Shown piece after piece: positions 52,191 through 63,100 of a stretch of DNA of 64,000 nt. The number at the start of each line of letters is the position of its first letter. The stretch's first letter is position 1. A model generated the notes under the pieces. It made no database searches, was not told the DNA's origin, and was given only the letters and a program-made list of their open reading frames with translations. The position numbers were made by a program, and so were the translations under genes. This DNA comes from Nitrosopumilus sp. (GTDB lineage: Archaea; Thermoproteota; Nitrososphaeria; Nitrososphaerales; Nitrosopumilaceae): the NCBI GenBank assembly GCA_965205675.1, contig OZ242186.1, forward strand, positions 800,001 to 864,000, read 5' to 3'.

Positions 52191-53141
52191 ATGTCTTTAC
52201 TTTTAAAAGATCGAGTATGGTCCATGGAAGCGCCAACTGCAAAACGTGGCGTATATCCTTTACATGGATTCAAACTTGGATTATACAGATTACCGATTAA
52301 ACTAGAAGAGCAGATAGAACTCAAATCCGTTTACGATGGCCTCAAAAAAGCATTCGAAATGGACATGTATGCTGATAGAATTTTTGCAACATATCGTTGG
52401 AAAGAACAAAACATGGATGATCCTGATATGAAAGGATACGAAGAAGTTGACTTGTCAGTTACTGTGGAAATTGTAACTGGCGAAGTCGTAGATATTATTT
52501 ATCAAATTTTCCCAATTGAAAAATTTGGTGATCCTAACTGGGTTAAAGATTATAGAAAGAAAGCAGATCATTTTGCTAAAATGGTAATTGATACTATTTT
52601 ACGAAATACTATCTTAGCTGACAAAATGATTTCATATTATGCAAAAACTGAAAAAATTTCTGAAGTTGCAGCTATTCAAAAATTAGAAGAATTAACTCCT
52701 CTTGCAAAAATTGTTTTGGGCGCTAAAGTAAAACCGGTAGAAGCAACTGAGGGTGATGATGAGGAAGAAGATGACAGTGTAATTGAAATTCCTGACGGTG
52801 CAAAACCTGGACCAATTGATGTTGAATACAAATCAAAGATGAAACCTTCTACAGCATATGATGCACCAGAACATACTATCAAAACTTGGGGTAGGAGAGG
52901 TACAGGTAATGGCATAATGGGTGTTTGGGGTGAATTTGTTTCGGTGGATTATGATATTTGTGTTGCAGATGGTGGATGTCTTGAAGCATGCCCTGTTGGT
53001 GTATACGAATGGTTTGACACTCCTGGAAATCCTGCATCTGAAAAGAAACCATTAATGTCAAAAGAACCTGATTGTATTTTTTGTCTTGCATGTGAGGGTG
53101 TTTGTCCTCCCCAAGCAATCAAAATCTATGAGCAAAAATGA
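52191..53141 (+). CDS. Ferredoxin-domain protein with a long N-terminal extension
   Basis: C-terminal CVADGGC..ACP and CIFCLAC..VCP after an acidic linker. Confidence 0.9.
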   Translation: MSLLLKDRVWSMEAPTAKRGVYPLHGFKLGLYRLPIKLEEQIELKSVYDGLKKAFEMDMYADRIFATYRWKEQNMDDPDMKGYEEVDLSVTVEIVTGEVVDIIYQIFPIEKFGDPNWVKDYRKKADHFAKMVIDTILRNTILADKMISYYAKTEKISEVAAIQKLEELTPLAKIVLGAKVKPVEATEGDDEEEDDSVIEIPDGAKPGPIDVEYKSKMKPSTAYDAPEHTIKTWGRRGTGNGIMGVWGEFVSVDYDICVADGGCLEACPVGVYEWFDTPGNPASEKKPLMSKEPDCIFCLACEGVCPPQAIKIYEQK

Positions 53142-53194
53142 TTTTATTTTTTGCAACTATAAATAGCGACTAATAATTCTGTAAAACTAGGGAT

Positions 53195-55255
53195 ATGTCT
53201 GTTAATCCTTTTACTCAGTTTGTATTTGATTTGTTTATCTTATCTGCCATCATAATCACTGCATATACTGTTAATTTCTACTATCTTGCATTTATTTCTA
53301 GAACTCGAAAAGAATCACATCCTACGATTGATTGGGGGACTCCTTCTGTAACCATTCAATTACCCATTTACAATGAAAAATATGTTGCAAAAAGATTAAT
53401 TGATGCAGTTTGCAATTTGGATTATCCTCAAGACAAAATGAAGATAATGGTCTGTGATGATTCTGATGATGACACTGTGGAATTACTGCGCAATGTAGTT
53501 GATGATTATAAAAAACAAGGATTCAAAATTGAACATATTAGACGTGGAACAAGAAATGGATACAAGGCCGGAGCGTTAAAACATGCCATGCAAACAACTG
53601 ATACTGATCTCGTTGCTATCTTTGATGCTGATTTTATTCCTCCCGTCTGGTTTCTTAAACGGGCAATACCGCACTTTTCAAGATCTAACATAGGACTAGT
53701 TCAATGCAGATGGGGACATGTAAATGAAGATTATTCTGCACTTACACAAGTACAGGCACTTAGCATCGATTTTCATTTTCTTATAGAACAAAAAGCAAAA
53801 AGCAATTCTCACCTATTTATGAATTTTAATGGTACTGCTGGAATCTGGAGACGTGATTGTATTGAGGATGCTGGAGGATGGCATACTGCAACTCTTGTTG
53901 AAGATCTTGATCTTAGCTTTAGGGCACAAATGAAAGGTTGGAAGTGTTTATTTTTACCGGACATAGTCGTTGATGCTGAATTACCTGCACAAATGAATGG
54001 TGCAAAACGACAACAGTTTCGTTGGGCAAAAGGATCTATTCAATGTGCAATAAAACTACTTTCTGATATCGGGTTAAAACGTCATGTTGCAGTTGAAGCA
54101 AAAATTCAGGCTTTTATCCAACTTACTCGTCATATTGTCTATCCCTTAATCTTAATACAATTTTTGACTCTCCCTATATTGCTTGCAGCTCAGGTTAATC
54201 TTTATGTTGTTAGCGTTCTACCTGTCCTTACCATTGTAACATATCTGGCGATGGGACCTGGCGCATATGTTCTAGTTATACGTGGCATGTATCATACATA
54301 TTGGAAATCAAAAATAAAATTACTTCCTGCTTTACTTGTCTATAATGCTGGCATGTCTGTCAATAACACTGTTGCAGTTTTTGATGCCATATTGGGAAAG
54401 AAAAATGAATTTCATAGAACGCCAAAGTATGGAATTGTAACAAAAAAAGATGATTGGCGAGGCAAGGCATACAATTTGCCTTTCACTCAGACAACATTGT
54501 TGGAAATATTTTTTGGTGTTTATGGAATTATCGCAATTTTTATTTCAGTTTTTTCTAATAATCCTGTTTTTGTACCGATAATTGCCATTCAGACACTGGG
54601 TTTTTTCTATATATCTTACATGAGTTTGTCTCATACCAAATTTAAAAGAAATAAATCAAGGGATAATCGCCCAAAAACTAAGAACGAAAAAATGGCAATT
54701 ACTGTTTACAAACTTTCGATGATTGGTATTCTTGGAATAATTATTTTTGGCGTATCTATGGCATTTTCTGGCTACAATTCTGATATTTATCCTCTTGATA
54801 GGATGAGAGGAAATCTTGATGGAGTTGTATCTTCATCAGATCCTGTTATGATGCGTGAGCATCTTGTAGCCATTCAATCTGATTTGGATATTATAATGCA
54901 CAATATTCCTGAAACCATTGATTCAGATGGCAAAGTAATCTCTAAAAACCCTGTATGGATATTTGCTACTGAATCAACTAATTTCCTTAGAATTCAGAAT
55001 AATATTGCTTCTATGATTGGTGATATTGATCGTTCGACATCTCTTCCAAAACCCACTGATGATTATAGTACTGGAATGCTGGATATCAATGATAGAGCGT
55101 TATTGTTAAGAACTAACATTATGGATGCCACTCCATACATGTATGTCAGTCCTGCAAATATGCTGTTTAGTGTTTTTTGGTTTGCAGCAATTATAGGAAT
55201 CTTTGCCATATTGAAAAGAAAGAAAGAACAACTCAATAAATCAGATGAAGAATAA
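53195..55255 (+). CDS. GT2 membrane glycosyltransferase (cellulose-synthase-like)
   Basis: QLPIYNE, YKAGAL, DADF, VED, QQFRW; several TM helices. Confidence 0.92.
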   Translation: MSVNPFTQFVFDLFILSAIIITAYTVNFYYLAFISRTRKESHPTIDWGTPSVTIQLPIYNEKYVAKRLIDAVCNLDYPQDKMKIMVCDDSDDDTVELLRNVVDDYKKQGFKIEHIRRGTRNGYKAGALKHAMQTTDTDLVAIFDADFIPPVWFLKRAIPHFSRSNIGLVQCRWGHVNEDYSALTQVQALSIDFHFLIEQKAKSNSHLFMNFNGTAGIWRRDCIEDAGGWHTATLVEDLDLSFRAQMKGWKCLFLPDIVVDAELPAQMNGAKRQQFRWAKGSIQCAIKLLSDIGLKRHVAVEAKIQAFIQLTRHIVYPLILIQFLTLPILLAAQVNLYVVSVLPVLTIVTYLAMGPGAYVLVIRGMYHTYWKSKIKLLPALLVYNAGMSVNNTVAVFDAILGKKNEFHRTPKYGIVTKKDDWRGKAYNLPFTQTTLLEIFFGVYGIIAIFISVFSNNPVFVPIIAIQTLGFFYISYMSLSHTKFKRNKSRDNRPKTKNEKMAITVYKLSMIGILGIIIFGVSMAFSGYNSDIYPLDRMRGNLDGVVSSSDPVMMREHLVAIQSDLDIIMHNIPETIDSDGKVISKNPVWIFATESTNFLRIQNNIASMIGDIDRSTSLPKPTDDYSTGMLDINDRALLLRTNIMDATPYMYVSPANMLFSVFWFAAIIGIFAILKRKKEQLNKSDEE

Positions 55256-56770
55256 TCAAGAAATATTCAAGTCTTTTCTAATCTCATCTACTGCTCTAAT
55301 TCCATAAATATCTCGTACTTGTTGAATTCTGATTGATTCTTTTAACATGTCTCTGCCTATTGAATTAGTTAAAATGGAATATACATCGCTGAATCTAACT
55401 TCCCATTTGTCAGCACAGTCTAACATTTTACTAATTGCCCATTGTCTAACTTCATGAGGTAGTGGTATTTTCTCCCCCGCTTCAATTGAAACTCTATCAA
55501 ATAAATTGACAATATCTGCAGTTTGTTTTGCCATATTTTCAATATCTTTTGCTACTCCATATTTTGATTCTGTGTTCATTCTGATAGACGATTGATATTC
55601 TGAAAGTTTTAGTAATGCCATTACTTCTTTTGATGAATCATCTGATGCCTTGTTTGTTGTCTCTTTTATTGATTGTAATTCTTGGAATAATTTTTCTGAT
55701 TTTTTATGGAATTCCATTGCAGATTCATCTTGTCTCTTGAGTGTATCTGAAACTGAAGATATTTTTTGCTCTATGCTGTTTGTTTTATCAAACACATTCT
55801 GCTTGAAACTGGACATTTCTTCTTGTACTGATTTGAGTCCTTCTCCAACAAATGCTGTTGAATCTGCTCTTTGTGATAGTGAACTAATTTCGGTTTCAAT
55901 TTTATCAATTTTACCTCCTAGATCTTTGATAGATTCTAGGTTCAAATTATCTACTGAATTTGCTTTAGATGAGATTGTGTCAAACTGTTGCTTGAGACCG
56001 TCAATTATTCCTCCCAATGAATCAATTTTTGATGCTTTAGATGATATGGCATCAATTGTTATTTTGATTGCATCTAATTCTGTATCAAGATTTAAAGTAG
56101 AGGAAATCCCTTCTGTTATTTTTCCTAATTCTTGTTTTAAGCTTTCAATTATTTGAGAATCTGTATCTAGTTTTGCAGTTTTTCCTGAAATTTCATTTAT
56201 AGTATTTTTGAGATTATTCATTTCTGCTCCAGTTTCCAAAAATAAATCTGTTTTTCCAGAAACTTTTCTTAAATCATCTCTTACTTCATCAATCCTTTGT
56301 GCAATCTTGATGATCATCTGAGAGTTGTTCTTAATTGAATTCATGCTGTCTTTTACTTGTTGAGATAATTCTTGAGATTTTGATGCCTTTTGTAATTCTG
56401 AAATTCTAGTAATTTCTTTTTCTAATTTAGATGTCTGATCGTTTATCTTATTTACAAGACTTGATTGAGTTCTAACTTGATTTAATCCTGCGTATAGTTT
56501 TTGAGTATCGTCTTCTATAATATTGATCTGTTTTGATTGTTTTTGAATATGTTCTAGTGTTAACGTTAATGTGTCAATCATTCCTTTCATTGAAACTAGT
56601 ACTTTTTGATTTTCTCCAAATATTTTTGACATTACTTTGATCTCTTTTTGTAATGCCTTGTTTGAATCTGAAACTAATGCCACTTTCTTTAATACTGCTG
56701 ATGGTGTTGGTTCCTTCTTTACTGTCTTTTTTATTTTACTCTTTATTTTCTTTGCAGTTTTGATAGCCAT
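55256..56770 (-). CDS. Long coiled-coil protein
   Basis: 504 aa of heptad-rich sequence; no specific motif. Confidence 0.8.
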   Translation of the reverse strand: MAIKTAKKIKSKIKKTVKKEPTPSAVLKKVALVSDSNKALQKEIKVMSKIFGENQKVLVSMKGMIDTLTLTLEHIQKQSKQINIIEDDTQKLYAGLNQVRTQSSLVNKINDQTSKLEKEITRISELQKASKSQELSQQVKDSMNSIKNNSQMIIKIAQRIDEVRDDLRKVSGKTDLFLETGAEMNNLKNTINEISGKTAKLDTDSQIIESLKQELGKITEGISSTLNLDTELDAIKITIDAISSKASKIDSLGGIIDGLKQQFDTISSKANSVDNLNLESIKDLGGKIDKIETEISSLSQRADSTAFVGEGLKSVQEEMSSFKQNVFDKTNSIEQKISSVSDTLKRQDESAMEFHKKSEKLFQELQSIKETTNKASDDSSKEVMALLKLSEYQSSIRMNTESKYGVAKDIENMAKQTADIVNLFDRVSIEAGEKIPLPHEVRQWAISKMLDCADKWEVRFSDVYSILTNSIGRDMLKESIRIQQVRDIYGIRAVDEIRKDLNIS

Positions 56771-56831
56771 GTAATTCCAATTAAAAATTTAGAAATAAAA
56801 AAGTTGGGTATAAAATAAAAAATGTAAAGAG

Positions 56832-56939
56832 CTACTTGTTTACAACTCTTGGTTCATGAAGTAATTCATGAAATGTCTTTTCAACTAAACCATTTGCTGT
56901 TTCAATAAACCCTTTTGGACAATATTCGCATTGAATCAT
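56832..56939 (-). CDS. 35-aa C2H2-like zinc-finger microprotein (not in the ORF track)
   Basis: MIQCEYCPKGFIETANGLVEKTFHELLHEPRVVNK*; TATTAATA about 23-30 nt upstream of the ATG. Confidence 0.6.
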   Translation of the reverse strand: MIQCEYCPKGFIETANGLVEKTFHELLHEPRVVNK

Positions 56940-56964
56940 ATAGTACGGTATGGTACCGTACTAT
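56940..56964. promoter_or_regulatory. Operator-like inverted repeat
   Basis: ATAGTACGGTA-TGG-TACCGTACTAT, perfect 11-bp arms, between the TATA-like box and the ATG. Confidence 0.6.
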
Positions 56965-57174
56965 TAATATCGAGGTGATTACAAAGTAACCAATTATACA
57001 GTCAGATACCCCAAGGTCATATCTCTTCATATTCCTCAGTAGACCTAATCATCATTCTGTATATCGATTATAATTTTTGAGCATAAAGAGGTTAAAGATT
57101 TTTAAAATTATTGAGCCTAGTGTTTTCTGATAGCTGTTCCCAAATTTGCAATGCGTAATGATTTTTAAACAAAT

Positions 57175-58518
57175 TTGCTAACTGATATCATGCAAAACAT
57201 TTCATTTCAGTTAGATTCTAGTGGAATCCAAAATTCATTTAACAATACTTTTACCAGTCTGATTGATCAAATAACTCCAGAATTACCTCACACCAGCTTT
57301 GTTACTGATTTAGCATTCATTATGATCATTGGAGCTGTTGTAACTCTTGCTTTCTTTAAAATTAAACAACCTCTTATCATAGGCTATCTTTTTGCTGGAA
57401 TGTTGATTGGCCCTTTCTCTTTTTTATGGGCTTGGATTTTACCTAAAGGTAGTTCTTCTTCTGATGTTTTAGAAAGTGTTGGAATTTTATCTGATATTTC
57501 TGCATTGAATCTATTTGCAGAAATTGGTGTCATCTTACTTCTTTTTGTAATTGGCATTGAATTCCCTTATGCAAAAATCCGAAGCATTGGCCGTGTAGCT
57601 ATTGGTGTTGGCACTGTAGGACTATTTTCAACATTAGGTGCTTTATTTTACACTGCAAGTGCTCTTGGTTTAGAATTTATGGATGCATTATTCATTGCTG
57701 CTGCATTGTCTATTTCTAGTACTGCAATCATTGTTAAACTGTTAGAGGAGATGGGCAAAATCAAAAAAGAATCATCTATTTTGGTTCTTGGTATTTTAAT
57801 TGTAGAGGACGTTATAGCAGTTATTCTAATTTCATCTTTACAGTCTGTTGCTTTAGTTGGAACTGTATCAATAGAATCTATCTTAGTTGTTGTATTGGTT
57901 GCAACTAGTCTAATTGTTGGTACATTTACTATTGGAACTCGTGTAATTCCACCTCTGATTGATAGAGTTGCAGCAGCAGAAAATCGTGAAATCTTACTTC
58001 TTAGTGTACTTGGTGTTTGTTTTGGTTATGCTTTATTTGCAAATCTTGTAGGATTGTCTGTAGCAATTGGAGCTTTTTTAGCAGGAGTCTTAGTCGCTGA
58101 ATCTAAATCTGCTGAAGTTGCAAAACTGCTTTCTAGTCCGATTAAAGATATGTTTGTGGCCATATTTTTCATTTCAGTTGGTGCTTTGATGGATGTCTCA
58201 CAACTCGAAAATTACATTTTCGTAGCCATAGCTCTGATTGCTGTTGCAACTGGAATGAAGTTTGGTGGCAACATGCTTGGAAATCTGATTTTCAGACAAA
58301 AACGTGGCAAGGCGTTACGTTCTGCATTTACTCTTGGAGCTCCTAGGGGTGAATTCTCTATTGTCATTGTCAAAGTAGGTGTTGATATTGGTGCCGTTAG
58401 TGCATTCTTATTTCCTTTGGTTGGCATTATCTCAATTATTACTGCATTCATTTCTCCATTTCTGATGAAGGCAGGCGATAAAATAATACCTGCTTTGGAG
58501 GATAAAGAAAATGTCTGA
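57175..58518 (+). CDS. Cation:proton antiporter (CPA2/Kef type)
   Basis: IIGY..AG..IGP, LLFVIGIE, SSTAI..K.L, GILIVED, GAFLAG, RGEFS. Confidence 0.93.
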   Translation: MLTDIMQNISFQLDSSGIQNSFNNTFTSLIDQITPELPHTSFVTDLAFIMIIGAVVTLAFFKIKQPLIIGYLFAGMLIGPFSFLWAWILPKGSSSSDVLESVGILSDISALNLFAEIGVILLLFVIGIEFPYAKIRSIGRVAIGVGTVGLFSTLGALFYTASALGLEFMDALFIAAALSISSTAIIVKLLEEMGKIKKESSILVLGILIVEDVIAVILISSLQSVALVGTVSIESILVVVLVATSLIVGTFTIGTRVIPPLIDRVAAAENREILLLSVLGVCFGYALFANLVGLSVAIGAFLAGVLVAESKSAEVAKLLSSPIKDMFVAIFFISVGALMDVSQLENYIFVAIALIAVATGMKFGGNMLGNLIFRQKRGKALRSAFTLGAPRGEFSIVIVKVGVDIGAVSAFLFPLVGIISIITAFISPFLMKAGDKIIPALEDKENV

Positions 58519-58939
58519 TGAATTAGAAAAACTTTTAGATCAGGTACATCCTGGAATAACTACTTTTGATTTTGATGGCAATGAGACTCCTTGTATTGAA
58601 TTGGATGGTAAAAAATATGATGAGATATTGTCTAAAGTTAGGGGACAATCTTTGTCTATTAATACTGATTTGAATATTTTACAAGATGGGTTGGGTAATG
58701 TGTTTGTTGAATTTACATTAACTTTCTCAAAAGGCAATATCGTTGAAATTTTTCTTGTAAATGCAAAAACTGATCTTGCTTTTTTTCAAGCTCTTACAAA
58801 GACTTCGATGCTTGCTTTGTCTTCCCCAAAATCTAATTATGGAAAAGATAACGTGTTTATGATTCAATTGCCTTGTCCCAAGAAAGCTCAGGATGCTCTT
58901 GAGATTATTCAAAGTGCATTAATTCCAAAGAATAAGTAA
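58511..58939 (+). CDS. Hypothetical protein
   Basis: 142-aa ORF overlapping the antiporter stop. Confidence 0.7.
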   Translation: MSDELEKLLDQVHPGITTFDFDGNETPCIELDGKKYDEILSKVRGQSLSINTDLNILQDGLGNVFVEFTLTFSKGNIVEIFLVNAKTDLAFFQALTKTSMLALSSPKSNYGKDNVFMIQLPCPKKAQDALEIIQSALIPKNK

Positions 58940-58943
58940 AAAG

Positions 58944-59020
58944 TGGTGCAGTTACCGGGATTTGAACCCGGGTCACGTACTTGGCAAGCACGAGTACTAA
59001 CCAGACTGTACTATAACTGC
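58944..59020 (-). tRNA. tRNA-Gly(GCC)
   Basis: Reverse complement: GCAGTTA/TAACTGC acceptor, CGTGC-TTGCCAA-GTACG, CCGGG-TTCAAAT-CCCGG, CCA. Confidence 0.95.
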
Positions 59021-59076
59021 AACAACCCTCAGGACTGAATTTGTATATTAAATGTTTTTTAATCAACATTTTTCAT

Positions 59077-60118
59077 TGTACTATATGGAAATTATGTCGC
59101 TTATCCATTTGTATCCTCTTCAGCCCAATTGGGGTTATCATCTCTGATCGTTTTTGTGGCAATTCTTGCTTTAAATGCATCTAGTGGTCGTTCACCTGCA
59201 TCAATATCTAGTGAAAAGTGTAGTCTGCGTTCATTGTAATATTTGACATATTCAGACAGACTATCATAGTGAAATATCTCTTCTTCAATACTTCTGTGGA
59301 ATCGTTCTAGCTTGCCATTTGTCTGTGGATGATATGGTCTGGAGTTTATCAACTCAATTCCCATGTCTAGCAATGCTTCTTCAAAAGGTGTTGGACTCCA
59401 TGAACCTTTTGGTTTTTTTTGATGTCTTCCAACAAAGCATAATCCGTTATCTGAAAGTATTGTAGCAGGGACACCAAACTTTTTGACTGCTTTATACAAG
59501 ACTCGTACTGCATTTTCTGATGTAGCTTGAGTGAATATTTGTGCTGCCATGATACACCTTGAAGAATCATCAAGATATGTGACTAGATTCAGCCCTCTAA
59601 AGCGTGGGTCCTTCATCATATGCCAATCCACATGCCACATTGCATTGGAATACTTGCGTTCAAATCTTACCCATTTGCGTTTACGTGATTTTGCAGGGGA
59701 TGGAATTGATAGATGATTCGCCTTCATTATCTGGTATACTTTATGGTAACTTATAATGTGACCTTTTTCTTTGAGTTCTTTTGTAAGACGTACTGCACCT
59801 ATTGGTTGTTCTTTGTGTTTTTGTAATACTAGATTGGTTTGGGTCTCTGATGGTGCTGATGAATGTCTTCCAGGAGTTTTTTGTACATGTGGTACCACCT
59901 GTTTTACGAAATTCTGCCCAAATACGTTGAATATGTCTCTGTGTTACATTCGTTTCATATGCAATTGTAGCTGTTCTACGACCTTGTTTACACTGTGCAA
60001 TGATGTAACGTATTGATTTCTCAGTAAGATATTTCCTCATAATTTTAGATCGATATAGTCTATAGTATTCCTTTACACAATGTCTAATCTTAGGACGACC
60101 TAATTTTCGTACAATAGA
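59077..60118 (-). mobile_element. IS481 family element, transposase (59101-60040) frameshifted
   Basis: TGT end with degenerate 24-bp TIRs; HTH MRKYLTEK..QRIW out of frame with WHVDW, LDDSSR, SDNG, PQTNGKLERF, YN..R.H.SL. Confidence 0.88.
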
Positions 60119-60173
60119 AAGATAAAGTTCACACAACAAATCTTTTATATGTAGAGTTTTATTTTCCAATTAA

Positions 60174-63100
60174 ATGACTTTGCCATATAGGCTCTTAATC
60201 TCACAACTATCTGTTCCCTTTTACATGCTTTTTGTCGTTTTACCCTGTTCTTTATACTATCTGGCAGCGCCTAAACATACAAACGAGGCATTTCTCAGAA
60301 AATCTCTTGCCGTATTCGTATCTGCCGTGTTTGTCTCTGGCAGTATACTTGGTCCTATTGGATTAACCTTTTCTCCCCAATATGCTTTTGCAGATGATAT
60401 ATTTGCAGAGATGAATTCTTTTGAAAATATTTTACCAAATACTGTATTACCTGATCATGAATTTTTGAAAAAGAAGCTGCATAGTTCTGAGGCAAACTCA
60501 GATATTGCTGATTCACTGTACAATAATAATGATAATAATGAGAATCCCCTCAGTGAATCTGAGAAAAAGACAGTGCACGAATTTCTCTTGGCGTTGCATG
60601 GCGATATCGATGTATTAAATGAACAGTCATATCCTACTGTGGGAGGATACTGGACTGTAGAGTTTGTTACAAAGGGAACACATGACCTGATAGTCTCTGC
60701 AATTAATGCAACAAGCTTTGGAGCTGGATTGCCTGATGATGTAGAGTTTATCTCACTTTATGATTCTGATGGAAGTGAAATTGCACCTGAATTTATTTAT
60801 GATGACTCTGGTTCTAAAGGAGAAATTACCTCTGTTGTATTTCCGGATTATTCAAACGATGATGTTGGTTCATTTAAGATGCTCGTACACACTCCTGGCA
60901 AACACCATCTAAAATTTGAGTTTGGTAATGGTGTTGCATATGCAAACAACAATGCGTATCCGAATTCTACTATAGAAATAAACAGCTCAACTACAAATGG
61001 CCCAGACCTATCTAGTCATGACTCCTTTGGTACCTCTATTGCAAACATTGGTGACCTTAACGGTGATGGTACATCTGATATTGCAGTAGGTGCAACAGGT
61101 GATGGACATGGAGGATCTAACAGTGGCGCCGTACACATCCTGTTTATGAATGATGATGGCTCTGTAAACCAAACCATAGAAATAAACAGCTCTACTGCAA
61201 ATGGCCCAGACCTAAATATTCTTGACTTCTTTGGCTCCTCCATTGCAAACATTGGTGACCTTAACGGTGATGGTACATCTGATATTGCAGTAGGTGCAGC
61301 AGGTGATGATAATGGAGGAGATGACAGTGGCGCCGTACACATCCTGTTTATGAATGATGATGGCTCTGTAAATAATACCATAGAAATAAACAGCTCTACT
61401 GCAAATGGCCCAGACCTATCTCAAACTGACATCTTTGGCTCCTCCATTGCAAACATTGGTGACCTTAACGGTGATGGTACATCTGATATTGCAGTAGGTG
61501 CAACAGGTGATGACCATGGAGGAGATGACAGTGGCGCCGTACACATCTTGTTTATGAATGATGATGGCTCTGTAGAGCAAACTGTAGAAATCAATGATTC
61601 CACTGCAAACGGCCCAGAACTATCTGATGACGATTTCTTTGGTAGTTCCATTGCAAACATTGGCGACCTCAACGGTGATGGTACATCTGATATTGTAGTA
61701 GGTGCAACAGGTGATGATGATGGAGGAGATAACCGAGGCGCCATACACATCTTGCTTATGAATGATGACGGCTCTGTAGACCAAACTGTAGAAATCAATG
61801 ATTCCACTGCAAACGGCCCAGAACTATCTGATGGCGATTTCTTTGGTAGTTCCATTGCAAACATTGGCGACCTTGACAATAACGGTACATCTGATATTGC
61901 AGTAGATGCGCAAGGTAATGATGATGGAGGAGATAACCGAGGCGCCATACACATCTTGTTTATGAATGATGATGGCTCTGTAGAGCAAACCATAGAAATA
62001 AACGATTCTACTGAACCAGGCCCAGTACTATCTGATAATGACATCTTTGGCTCCTCCATTGCAAACATTGGCGACCTTGACAATAACGGTACATCTGATA
62101 TTGCAGTAGGTGCGATAGATGATGACCATGGAGGACCTAGCAGTGGCGCCATACACATCATTTATCTAAGTACTGCCGTTTCTCATAGTGGCGCTATAGA
62201 GCAAACCATAGAAATAAACAGCTCTACTGCAAATGGCCCAGACCTATCTCAAAATGACATCTTTGGCTCCTCCATTGCAAACATTGGCGACCTTGACAAT
62301 AACGGTACATCTGATATTGCAGTAGGTGCGCCAAGTGATGATAATGGAGGAAATAACAAAGGCGCCATACACATCTTGCTTATGAATGATGATGGCTCTG
62401 TAAATAATACAATAGAAATAAACGATTCTACTCCAAATGGCCCAAGCCTAGATGCTGGTGACAACTTTGGTACCTCCATTGCAAACATTGGTGACCTCAA
62501 CGGTGATGGTACATCTGATATTGCAGTAGGTGCGCCAAATGATAATGATGGAGGAGATGACAGTGGCGCCGTACACATCTTGTTTATCAATGATGATGGC
62601 TCTGTAAATAATACAATAGAAATAAACGATTCTACTGCAAATGGCCCAGACCTAAATATTGCTGACTTGTTTGGCTCCTCCATTGCAAACATTGGTGACC
62701 TCAACGGCGATGGTACATCTGATATTGCAGTAGGTGCAACAGGTGATGATAGTGGATCATTTGGCAGCTCAGGCGCCGTACACATCTTGCTTATGAATGA
62801 TGATGGCTCTGTAGAGCGAACCATAGAAATAGACAGCACTACTGCAAATGGCCCAGACCTATCTAGTAGTGACTCCTTTGGCTCCTCTATTGCAAACATT
62901 GGTGACCTCAACGGTGATGGTACATCTGATATTGCAGTAGGTGCAATAGGTGATGATGATGGAGGAGATGACAGTGGCGCCGTACACATCTTGTTTATCA
63001 ATGATGATGGCTCTGTAGAGCAAACCATAGAAATAAACAGCTCTACTCCAAATGGCCCAAGCCTAGATGCTGGTGACAACTTTGGTACCTCCATTGCAGG

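Noticed and set aside
59741-60169. 142-aa ORF as a separate gene, or programmed frameshift in IS481
   Set aside because: It is the out-of-frame HTH of a normally single-ORF IS481 transposase; no slippery motif at the junction
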